The notes beneath the pieces are model-generated. The model worked only from the letters and a program-made list of their open reading frames with translations, ran no database searches and had not been told where the DNA came from. Below, in pieces: positions 34,959 to 42,847 of a stretch of DNA of 64,000 nucleotides (position 1 is its first letter; each line of letters starts with the position of its first letter). This DNA is from Candidatus Limnocylindrus sp. (GTDB lineage Bacteria > Chloroflexota > Limnocylindria > Limnocylindrales > Limnocylindraceae). The stretch covers positions 147,599 through 211,598 of the forward strand of contig JBBAWM010000003.1 in the NCBI GenBank assembly GCA_040397175.1, given 5' to 3'. Both the position numbers and the translations under genes were made by a program.

Positions 34959-36074
34959 TCAGGAGGGTGTGCGCACCGGCATCACAACGTGCAGGTAGTC
35001 GCGACCGTCAAGCGGGCGAAGCAACCCGGGTGCGACGGGGCCGGTGAGCTCGAGTGAGAATTGATCAGCCTCGACGCGCGAGAGCACATCGACAAGATAT
35101 TTCGCGTTGAATGCGATCGTTGTTCCCTCGCCTTCAACCTTCGCCTCGATGTGCGCTGCGTGATCACCAACATCCGCCGCCGCAGTGATGTCAATGGCGC
35201 CGCCGCCCGTGGTGGTGATGGCGAAGCGCACGATGTGCGCAGACGCATCAGCAACAACCTGCGCTAGCTTCACCGCTGAGAGGAAGCTATCTCGGTCGAG
35301 CGTCACCTTGGTGGTGTGGCTCGTTGGTACGACCTGCTGGAAGTTTGGAAACTGCCCCTCAATCAGTCGGCTCACTAGCATGGTGTCACCGAGCTTGAAC
35401 TGCAGCTGGTTCTTTGTTGCGGTGTACGTGATCTCCACAAGATCGTCGACATCAGAGAGAAGGCGCAGCAGCTCCGCATAGGAGCGGGCAGGCACGATCA
35501 AACTTGTCTCGGGCGCCGCCTCTGCAAGCGGTGCCCCGGCGACGGCGATGCGGTAATTGTCTGCGGCGGCGAAGGTTGCCTTCTCACCCGTGAACTTTGT
35601 TAGCACGCCGGTGAGGATCGGCCTCGCCTCATCGCCCGCGGCGGCGAAGACGGTTGACTCAAGCGCGGCCTTCAGCGCCTTCTGCGTGATGCGCGCTGTT
35701 GGCCGCTCTCCGGCGGCGCCCACTGGCGGGTAGTCGTCGGCTGGTGTCGCGCGAAGGTGGGAGGCGTTGCGACCACACTTGATCTGCGCGCGGCCGTCGG
35801 CGAGGAGCGAAAGGTCGATCTTCTCGTTCGGGAGGCCGTTCACAACGTCGGCAAGGAGCCGGGCCGGGATGGTGGTGGAGCCCTTCTCCTCAACCTTCGC
35901 CGGAACCCAGTGGGTGATGGCAATGTCAAGGTTTGTGGCGACAAGGCGAAGCCCGCCATCCTCAGTGCCGAGGTAGACGTTCGACAGGATCGGCAGCGTG
36001 TTGCGGGTCGCCACGGCGTGGCCAACGATGGCGAGACCGCGGGCAAGGTGATCCTGGATTACCGAGAGCTTCAT
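34959..36074 (-). CDS. dnaN: DNA polymerase III beta sliding clamp
   Basis: 371-aa DnaN three-domain pattern. Start set at ATG 36074 (MKLSV...; GGAGG 5 nt upstream); the ORF track starts 4 codons earlier at a GTG. Confidence 0.9.
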   Translation of the reverse strand: MKLSVIQDHLARGLAIVGHAVATRNTLPILSNVYLGTEDGGLRLVATNLDIAITHWVPAKVEEKGSTTIPARLLADVVNGLPNEKIDLSLLADGRAQIKCGRNASHLRATPADDYPPVGAAGERPTARITQKALKAALESTVFAAAGDEARPILTGVLTKFTGEKATFAAADNYRIAVAGAPLAEAAPETSLIVPARSYAELLRLLSDVDDLVEITYTATKNQLQFKLGDTMLVSRLIEGQFPNFQQVVPTSHTTKVTLDRDSFLSAVKLAQVVADASAHIVRFAITTTGGGAIDITAAADVGDHAAHIEAKVEGEGTTIAFNAKYLVDVLSRVEADQFSLELTGPVAPGLLRPLDGRDYLHVVMPVRTPS

Positions 36075-36386
36075 CTGTTCCTCCACATATAGGTTCCCCC
36101 TCTAGGGTAATAGTGTCTTAGTTGTTTTATCTCGTCGTCACCGTATTCGTACTGTGGGCAGCGTGGAGAGCCGTGCTCACCTTCGCACAAACAGGCCGTG
36201 GGAAGGACCCCCCTCCTAGGTGGAGAACCCCCACCCGGCCCCCTGCGGCACCCTTACAGCTGGGGAGACAGTGCGGAGAACCAGACCAGGTTACCCACAC
36301 CCCTCTTCACACGCCCCTCGAAAAACCCCCACGAAACCACACAGGAACGGGTGTTATCCACGAGATTTCCACACCTCCGGGGGGCG
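36075..36386. other. Candidate chromosomal replication origin (oriC): DnaA-box cluster plus AT-rich unwinding element in the dnaA-dnaN intergenic region
   Basis: Several same-orientation DnaA-box-like 9-mers: TTATCCACG (~36352), TTACCCACA (~36291), ATTTCCACA (~36367), and weaker hits at ~36305 and ~36335. An AT-rich tract lies at 36105-36160 (TAGTGTCTTAGTTGTTTTATCTCGTCGTCACCGTATTCGTACTGTG) in a ~67% GC genome. The dnaA-dnaN gap is the classical oriC position in actinobacteria-like genomes. Confidence 0.6.
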
Positions 36387-37814
36387 TTATGGGCGAGCGG
36401 CAACCCCTTGCCCGAGACGAAGCAGGGCTTCGCGCAGCAGAGCAACCTCGCGGCGCAGCTCACCGTCGTAGCTCATCTCCCGTTCAATCTTGGTGCAGGC
36501 GTGGATGATGGTCGAGTGGTCACGCCCGCCCAGGGCTGCCCCGATTCGTACAAGCGAGGCATCGGTCTCCTCGCGAGAAAGGTATGCCGCAATCTGTCGC
36601 GGGGTCACAATTTCACGATCGCGCTTGGGGCCGCGAAGCTGCTCGACGGTGAGGCTGAAGTGCTCGGCAACCGTGGCGACCACCTGCTCCGGCTCAAGGA
36701 TGCGCTTTGGGTTCGGGTAGACGGCCTCGTTCAACACACGCGCCGCGAGCTCCATCGTGACCGGCATGCCACTCAGCCGCCCAACGGCGACGAGTCGCGT
36801 TAGCGCACCCTCAAGCTCGCGCACGTTGCTCTGCACGCGTCGCGCGACCTGCTCAACCACATCGTTCGCAACAATGACGCCACTCTCTTCCGCCTTCGCG
36901 CGCAAGATCGCAATACGCGTTTCGAGATCGGGCGACGAGATATCGGCGATGAGGCCCCACTCAAATCGCGAGCGCAGACGCTCCTCAAGCAGTGAGATCT
37001 CCTTCGGCGTGCGATCCGACGTCAACACGATCTGCTTCCCCGCGGAGTGCAGCGCGTTGAACGTGTGGAAGAACTCCTCCTGCGTGCGCTCCTTATCGGC
37101 AAGGAACTGAATGTCATCGATGAGTAACACGTCGATCTTGCGGAAGCGCGAGCGGAATGCTTCAGCGCCGCTCTGTTGAATGCTGGTGATGAATTCGTTC
37201 GTGAACGCCTCGCCGGTGATGTAGAGCACTTGGCGCTTTGGTGAGCGCTCGGCAACGGCGTTGCCGATGGCGTGCAGCAGATGTGTCTTACCGAGGCCGG
37301 TGCCGCCGTACAAGAAAAGCGGATTGTATGCGCCACCTGGTCGCTCAGAAACGGAGAGCGATGCCGCATGCGCAAGTCGATTCGCCGCACCAACAACGTA
37401 GGTCGCAAATGTGTAGCGAGCATTCAAGTTCGTTGCGCGCGCTGGTGCATCGCGATCAACAATGCGTACGCTCTCTTGTGGTGCGGTGACACGCGGCGCT
37501 GCATCGTTTGCAACAGCGCCCTTCCCCTTTCCGGCGAGGGCGCCGTGTGCGTCGAGCTCTGCGTCACTCACTACTTCAACAGAGAGCGTCACGCTATAGC
37601 CAACAACCTTCGCCATCGTTTGCGCGATTAAGGAGCGGTAGCGCTCATCAACCCAGTCCTTAGCAAAGCCCGACGGAACGCCGAGAACAAAGGTGGCAGT
37701 CGACTCATCAACACGAAGGAGTGCGGTGCGACGGAACCAGGTCTCGAAGGTGGCCTGCGAGAGGCTGATCTCCAGCTCTCCGAGGACTGCGCGCCAGACC
37801 TGTCGTCGATCCAT
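36387..37814 (-). CDS. dnaA: Chromosomal replication initiator protein DnaA
   Basis: AAA+ Walker A (GGTGLGKTHLLHA), Walker B (LLIDDIQF) and C-terminal DNA-binding domain IV. Start set at ATG 37814 (MDRRQVWRAVLGEL; AAAGGGGGGG 9 nt upstream); the listed ORF extends 32 codons further. Confidence 0.9.
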   Translation of the reverse strand: MDRRQVWRAVLGELEISLSQATFETWFRRTALLRVDESTATFVLGVPSGFAKDWVDERYRSLIAQTMAKVVGYSVTLSVEVVSDAELDAHGALAGKGKGAVANDAAPRVTAPQESVRIVDRDAPARATNLNARYTFATYVVGAANRLAHAASLSVSERPGGAYNPLFLYGGTGLGKTHLLHAIGNAVAERSPKRQVLYITGEAFTNEFITSIQQSGAEAFRSRFRKIDVLLIDDIQFLADKERTQEEFFHTFNALHSAGKQIVLTSDRTPKEISLLEERLRSRFEWGLIADISSPDLETRIAILRAKAEESGVIVANDVVEQVARRVQSNVRELEGALTRLVAVGRLSGMPVTMELAARVLNEAVYPNPKRILEPEQVVATVAEHFSLTVEQLRGPKRDREIVTPRQIAAYLSREETDASLVRIGAALGGRDHSTIIHACTKIEREMSYDGELRREVALLREALLRLGQGVAARP

Positions 37815-38110
37815 TCCGCAGCGCCCCCCTTTGTTCCGCTGGTGTGCGCCACCAACACTGCGGCAGAAGGGCGAAGCCGCCGAGGAGTCGGCGGTGCCAC
37901 CCTGGTGCAAGATTGAGTCTGTGCTGACCGGCTTATGCCAGCCCCTCCCACAGCCCCGGAAAAGAGACCAACCGACGGTGTGATGTCGTTCGGGTCCTTT
38001 GTGGGGAGGCGGAGAATAGCACCCGCGGCGCTTCCTGCAAGCCCAGGCTCACCCCGATTTTTGATACCCCCTAGGGGTATCTGGCTAAATCCCCGTTACA
38101 GGGGTCGGAA

Positions 38111-38140
38111 TTGACACCGCCGCCTGCGAGGAACGATACT
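38111..38140 (+). promoter_or_regulatory. Candidate sigma-70-type promoter for the rpmH-rnpA-yidD-yidC-jag operon
   Basis: TTGACA (38111-38116), 18-nt spacer, GATACT (38135-38140), about 118 nt upstream of the rpmH ATG. Confidence 0.35.
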
Positions 38141-38257
38141 TCCCCTCTCAGAACCGCCCCCTTCGCGGCCTGAGTAAAAACCAGGAAGAACCCCTCGGGG
38201 GCCACCGCCGACGAAGGCAACCGTGGCACTTGAGACCACCGGATCGGAGCGATACCA

Positions 38258-38392
38258 ATGAAGCGAACGTATCAGCCGAAGAAGCGCCAGCGGTTCCGCG
38301 AGCACGGATTCCGTAAGCGCATGTCGACAACGTCCGGCCGCCGGGTTCTTGCCCGACGCCGCGCACGTGGTCGCAAGCGCCTCACCGTCTGA
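38258..38392 (+). CDS. rpmH: 50S ribosomal protein L34
   Basis: Translates to [44 protein letters not shown], a canonical L34. Below the 60-aa cutoff of the ORF track. Divergent from dnaA. Confidence 0.9.
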   Translation: MKRTYQPKKRQRFREHGFRKRMSTTSGRRVLARRRARGRKRLTV

Positions 38393-38427
38393 TCAAGGCG
38401 GCGCGTACGCGCCCCAGGAGCATCGAC

Positions 38428-38766
38428 ATGTTGCGCACACCCTCCGACTTCGCCGCGTTAAGCGCCGCACCCGGCGTTACCACGCCGCTGCTTGGCGTTC
38501 GTCATCGCACCGTTGCGGCCACCGAGTCCACACCGTCGCTTCGTCTCGGCATTGCAACGAGCCGCAAGGTGGGGAACGCTGTGGTGCGTAATCGCATTCG
38601 CCGCCGACTGAAGAGCATTGCGCGCGAGCTTGCACCGCAGGTGCGCCCAGGCGCAGAGATCCTGATCGGCGTCCGCACTGCAGCGAGTACCGCAACCAGT
38701 GAAGAGTTGCGCGCCGCGCTCACCGAGTGCCTACGTCGTGCCCGACTCGTTGAGGTCTCGGCGTGA
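38428..38766 (+). CDS. rnpA: Ribonuclease P protein component
   Basis: 112-aa basic protein with the RnpA motif (SRKVGNAVVRNRIRRRLK); conserved position after rpmH. Confidence 0.85.
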   Translation: MLRTPSDFAALSAAPGVTTPLLGVRHRTVAATESTPSLRLGIATSRKVGNAVVRNRIRRRLKSIARELAPQVRPGAEILIGVRTAASTATSEELRAALTECLRRARLVEVSA

Positions 38767-38999
38767 ACGCGCTGCGACGCATCGCTGGTATTCCAGCGTA
38801 CGCCGGGACACTTTTGATTAAGGCATACCGCGTGGTGTTTTTTTGGCTCCCGTCGAGCTGCCGCTTCGAGCCGAGCTGCTCGCGTTACACAGAGGAGGCG
38901 ATCGTGAAGTACGGACTACTCAAGGGTTCATGGATGGGAGCGAAGCGCATTAGTCGCTGCTCCCCACTGAGCGCTGGCGGATTGGATCCGGTCCGATGA
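38763..38999 (+). CDS. yidD: Membrane protein insertion efficiency factor YidD
   Basis: 78 aa with CRFEPSCSRY motif typical of YidD; 4-nt overlaps with rnpA and yidC. Confidence 0.85.
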   Translation: MNALRRIAGIPAYAGTLLIKAYRVVFFWLPSSCRFEPSCSRYTEEAIVKYGLLKGSWMGAKRISRCSPLSAGGLDPVR

Positions 39000-40108
39000 G
39001 CCGCCAAACAGTGAAGGTGATTGCGCTCCTCGGCTTTGCGCTGCTCCTTGTCGCTGCGTGCACCAGCCCAATCCCGCATTCGGACCTGAAGCCTGCGACC
39101 CCGGGCGCCGATCCATTTAGCTTGCTGGCCTGGCTCTTTACGCCAATCTTCCAAGCGCTCTTCGTCGGCCTTGTCCTGCTCGATCGACTTACTGGTGATA
39201 TCGGTATCTCAATCCTTATCTTGACACTCGTCATTCGTGTGATCCTAATCTCGCCATATCGCAAGCAGCTGGTCTCGCAGAAGCGCACCCAACTGCTCGC
39301 GCCAGAGGTGGCAGAGATTCAGCGTCGCTACAAGGGCGATAAGGTCAAGATCCAACAGGCCCAGATGGAGCTCTACAAGTCGCGAGGCGTGAGCCCATTC
39401 GGCGGCTGTCTGCCAACGCTGTTGCAGTTCATCGTGTTGATTCCGATGTACACGGTGATCTCGAGCGGACTTACGAACCCAAACCCAACGGCAATGCTCA
39501 ACGTCTTCGGCTTTGACATCGGCAAGGCGATTGGCCTGGTGTGTGCAAACGGGGCACCCGCAGCGGGCTTCAACAAAATGGAGGCGTGCATTAGGTCGAC
39601 GGTGCCATGGCTCGGCGGCCTCGATGCCTCGAAGCCTTCCGTCATTGTGATTGCAGGCTTCGGCCTCTCAATCCTTGCGGTCATCAGTGCGCTGCTACAG
39701 GTCATTCAGACACGCATGACGATCAATCCGAAGGCACCAAAGAACGACACGACCGCAGGGGCACAGGGGCAGACCCTGGTCTTCCTGCCACTCATTTCGG
39801 TACTGTACGGCGGGATTCTTCCCGCCGGCCTGTTCATCTACTGGATCTCGTCCACGCTGTTCTCGATCGTTCAGCAGTACTTGATCCTCGGCTTCGGTGG
39901 GCTCTTCCCGCTCTTCGGCTGGACGCCCGCCTTTGCCGTTAACCATGCCCCGCGCTTCCCAGTCGCGATGCCGGAATCGGTTCCGGATGTTGCTGGGGAA
40001 GCGGTGGTTCCACACGAGCGAACGGAGCTCGACCGAGCCGCATCAGCGGCCGCCACGATCCGTTCGGCAAAGAAGCGCGACCGACATGGTCGACGAGGGA
40101 GTAAGTGA
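38996..40108 (+). CDS. yidC: Membrane protein insertase YidC/Oxa1 family
   Basis: 370-aa polytopic protein with the YidC conserved core (Gram-positive short form). Confidence 0.85.
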   Translation: MSRQTVKVIALLGFALLLVAACTSPIPHSDLKPATPGADPFSLLAWLFTPIFQALFVGLVLLDRLTGDIGISILILTLVIRVILISPYRKQLVSQKRTQLLAPEVAEIQRRYKGDKVKIQQAQMELYKSRGVSPFGGCLPTLLQFIVLIPMYTVISSGLTNPNPTAMLNVFGFDIGKAIGLVCANGAPAAGFNKMEACIRSTVPWLGGLDASKPSVIVIAGFGLSILAVISALLQVIQTRMTINPKAPKNDTTAGAQGQTLVFLPLISVLYGGILPAGLFIYWISSTLFSIVQQYLILGFGGLFPLFGWTPAFAVNHAPRFPVAMPESVPDVAGEAVVPHERTELDRAASAAATIRSAKKRDRHGRRGSK

Positions 40109-41016
40109 TGGCGAACGAGGGCGCATACCAGGAGTTCACCGGCAAGAGCGTTGAAGAGGCACTGAAGGGTGCTTGCGATGCGTTCAAGGTTGGCATCGGC
40201 GATCTCGACTTCGAGATCATCGCCCCAGGTTCACGTGGCGTACTCGGCATGGGTGCAGAGCCTGCCCGCATCGTTGCTGCGCCAATCAGCGCACTCGGCG
40301 GCGCCGCTCCGAAGCGTGCCGGCGAGTCAAGCCGCCCAGCACCAACACCAGCGCCCGTTCGCGAAGAGCGAGCGCCGCGCCCAGCGCCACGAAACGACGC
40401 ACCAGTAGCGCGAGCCGCTGCGCCACAGGCTGCAGGGCGTCCAGCGCCACGTGGCGATCGTGGGCCACGACCTGAGCGTGCACCGCGCCCGGAGCGCGCG
40501 CCACGTGAGGATCGCGAGCCACGAGAGCGACGCGAGCGCAGCGAGACAACGCCAGAGATGATCAGCGGCGGCAAGGAGATCCTTGAGACGCTGGTGAAGC
40601 ACCTCGGCTTTGAGGCTGAAGTCCGCGTCACCGGAGCAGGCGCTGACACCGTGTTGAACGTTGCCGGCACCTCACCAGAGGCGGTCGACGAGCTGAACAG
40701 CTTGATCGGCGGTCGCGGAGAGCGACTGCAGGCGATCCAGCATCTCGTGAACCTGATGCTCAGCCGCAAGATGGGCGAGTGGGCACGTGTCACCGTGGAC
40801 ATCGAGGAGTATCGAGGCCGACGTGAGGCACAGCTCCGCGCACTTGCGCGAAAGGCTGCAGACCGCGTCAAGGAGACCGGCCGCGCTGTTCAGCTTGAGC
40901 CAATGACAGCGCTAGAGCGCCGCTGGATTCACGTTGAGCTTCAGGAGATGGACGGTATCGCGACCGAGTCTGCTGGTGAAGAGCCAGAGCGCCGCGTGGT
41001 CGTGATCCCGGCGTAA
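40105..41016 (+). CDS. jag: Jag/KhpB-type RNA-binding protein (Jag_N, KH and R3H domains)
   Basis: Jag N-terminal domain (FTGKSVEEALKGA...), central Pro/Arg/Glu-rich repeat (RAPRPERAPRPERAPREDREPRERRERSE), C-terminal KH/R3H (VNLMLSRKMGEWARVTVDIEEYR...ERRWIH). Confidence 0.8.
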   Translation: MMANEGAYQEFTGKSVEEALKGACDAFKVGIGDLDFEIIAPGSRGVLGMGAEPARIVAAPISALGGAAPKRAGESSRPAPTPAPVREERAPRPAPRNDAPVARAAAPQAAGRPAPRGDRGPRPERAPRPERAPREDREPRERRERSETTPEMISGGKEILETLVKHLGFEAEVRVTGAGADTVLNVAGTSPEAVDELNSLIGGRGERLQAIQHLVNLMLSRKMGEWARVTVDIEEYRGRREAQLRALARKAADRVKETGRAVQLEPMTALERRWIHVELQEMDGIATESAGEEPERRVVVIPA

Positions 41017-41032
41017 CTCGGGAGGGGCCACC

Positions 41033-41587
41033 ATGCCGACAAAAGATCCAAAACGGGAGGCGCACTTCCCTGCAATCGAGAAGCGCTACGGCGAACCGAT
41101 GAAGCACTGGTTCGCAGTAATGAAGACCGTTGCAGGGAAGCGCTACCCGGAACAGATCGCTCACCTGCGCGAGAACTACGGATTCTCCCAGGCGCACGCC
41201 AATGCCCTCGTGCTCTTCTCGCGCGGCTCTCTCTCTTCACAACGGCATGCAACGCCGGCCGACTACTTTAAGAGCATTGATTCGCAGCAGGCGCGCACGA
41301 TGCGCGCGATCTTCAAGGTGGTGCGCACGAAATACCCAGAGCTGGAGTTCGTGATCGCGTACAACCAACCGATGCTGCGCAAGGGAACGCAGTATGTGCT
41401 CGGCGCGTCGGCACTAAAGAAGTACCTCCTAATCAACCCATTCAGCAAGTCGGTCATCGATTCCTTCGCCCCGAAGATGAAGGAACTCCGCGTGTTGAAG
41501 CACTCAATCACGATCCCCAACGACTGGGAAATCGACGAGCAGCTGCTGCTCGCGATGGCGAAGGCGCGCATTGCGGAGATTGCATAG
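41033..41587 (+). CDS. DUF4287 domain-containing protein (with C-terminal DUF1801/YdhG-like region)
   Basis: N-terminus matches DUF4287 (PAIEKRYGEPMKHWFAVM...YGFSQAHANALV). GC content (~57%) is noticeably below the flanking genes. Ends 29 nt from the tmRNA 3' end (convergent). Confidence 0.6.
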   Translation: MPTKDPKREAHFPAIEKRYGEPMKHWFAVMKTVAGKRYPEQIAHLRENYGFSQAHANALVLFSRGSLSSQRHATPADYFKSIDSQQARTMRAIFKVVRTKYPELEFVIAYNQPMLRKGTQYVLGASALKKYLLINPFSKSVIDSFAPKMKELRVLKHSITIPNDWEIDEQLLLAMAKARIAEIA

Positions 41588-41616
41588 CGCGCGCCGACGG
41601 CGCGACGGGTGAGAAT

Positions 41617-41992
41617 TGGTGGAGATGGAGGAGAGTCGAACTCCTCGTCCGAAAAGCCTTCCTTGAGACCACTACGAGCGTGTCCTGCGGTTTAGTCTAA
41701 GTTGAGGCGCTCCCACAGGCCGGATCGACCCTCAACCGAGATACATGTCCCTAAATCGGGCTTATGCGATGACTATGCGTCGCTCGTCATCACTGCAGCT
41801 TCGCTTTATGACGCTTCCACGACCCGCGAAGCGGGGGCCGCTTCCACGCTCACCGTACTGCCTTAGGCAGCGAGGGCGAGAGCAGGCTGGCGATTGCCAG
41901 TTACTTCTTTTTGCTACCGGTTTAACGAGGCCTGATAGCAACCTCGACTCGCGTTCCCAAGGTGCGGATCTCCGTCGAAACCACGCATCCCC
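41617..41992 (-). ncRNA. ssrA: Transfer-messenger RNA (tmRNA, SsrA)
   Basis: Minus-strand transcript begins GGGGAUGCGUGGUUUCGACGG (cf. E. coli GGGGCUGAUUCUGGAUUCGACGG) and ends with a tRNA-like ...GGACGAGGAGUUCGACUCUCCUCCAUCUCCACCA. Internal tag reading frame GGC AAU CGC CAG CCU GCU CUC GCC CUC GCU GCC UAA gives tag peptide (A)GNRQPALALAA. smpB lies immediately upstream. Confidence 0.85.
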
Positions 41993-42042
41993 AAGGGGGG
42001 AATGATACCGCGCGCGGATTGCGATTACTAGTGCGCGGAAGG

Positions 42043-42561
42043 CTACTCGCCGCGCTTCCAGTCGCCGAGCTGGCGCTCTGCCTCGCGGCGACCCTCGCGA
42101 TCAGCAATTGCCGCACGCTTATCGAAGGCTTTCTTCCCGCGACCGAGGCCGATTTCAACCTTGCAGCGACCGCGCGAGAGGTAGAGGCGCAGCGGGATCA
42201 GCGTGAGCCCCTTCGTCTTCACCTTGGTGCCAATGGCGATGATCTCGGACTTATGGAGCAAGAGGCGCCGCACCCGCTTCGGCTCGTGGTTCTGGCTTGC
42301 GGCACCGGGCCACTCGGCAATATGCATGCCGATCAGTCGACCCTCGCCCGCCTCGAGGCGCACGTAGGCATCGCCAATGTCGGCCTTGCCGGCGCGAATC
42401 GACTTGATCTCGGTCCCCGAGAGCACGACCCCCGCCTCGTAGTGCTCGACGATCTCGTACTCGTATGAGGCCTTGCGGTTTGAGGCGAGCGTGGTCCCCG
42501 AGGGGGGCGCCTTCGGCTTTGGGGCAGGGGAGGACGCCGTCTTGATGGGAGCCTTAGCCAT
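42043..42561 (-). CDS. smpB: SsrA-binding protein
   Basis: Core SmpB motifs (ASYEYEIVEHYEAGVVLSGTEIKSIR...LLLHKSEI...) with a Lys/Pro-rich N-terminal extension. Confidence 0.9.
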   Translation of the reverse strand: MAKAPIKTASSPAPKPKAPPSGTTLASNRKASYEYEIVEHYEAGVVLSGTEIKSIRAGKADIGDAYVRLEAGEGRLIGMHIAEWPGAASQNHEPKRVRRLLLHKSEIIAIGTKVKTKGLTLIPLRLYLSRGRCKVEIGLGRGKKAFDKRAAIADREGRREAERQLGDWKRGE

Positions 42562-42666
42562 TGCGGTACCTCCTCTCGAACAGGGTTGCCCTTCAGGGGC
42601 GTATCTGTAGGGTACGCGCCAACCGTGGGCAGGTGTATGTGCGGGGCGATGGAAGGGGGAGACGAG

Positions 42667-42694
42667 AGAGCCCCGGCCCGAAGGCCAGGGCTCT
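42667..42694. terminator. Stable GC hairpin with UUCG-type loop in the ctp/smpB intergenic region (candidate ctp terminator)
   Basis: AGAGCCCC-GGCC-CGAA-GGCC-AGGGCUCU nested inverted repeat; ctp (minus) ends at 42848 and smpB (minus) starts at 42561. Confidence 0.35.
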
Positions 42695-42847
42695 GCTCAC
42701 TTATTACCGCTCTCGCGGGTCAACTATGCGTTGACCTCGTGAGAGGCGGCGGTACAACTGTCATTAGACACTGCACACCACCTCCTTTCGTCTGCGGCGA
42801 AGGATACGCCCCCGTACGCCTAGGTGCAAGTACCGCGCGGTGAGCGG

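Noticed and set aside
42586-42843. 85-aa plus-strand ORF in the smpB/ctp intergenic region
   Set aside because: No RBS, Cys/Gly/Arg-rich nonsense translation; the region is better explained by terminator/promoter hairpins.
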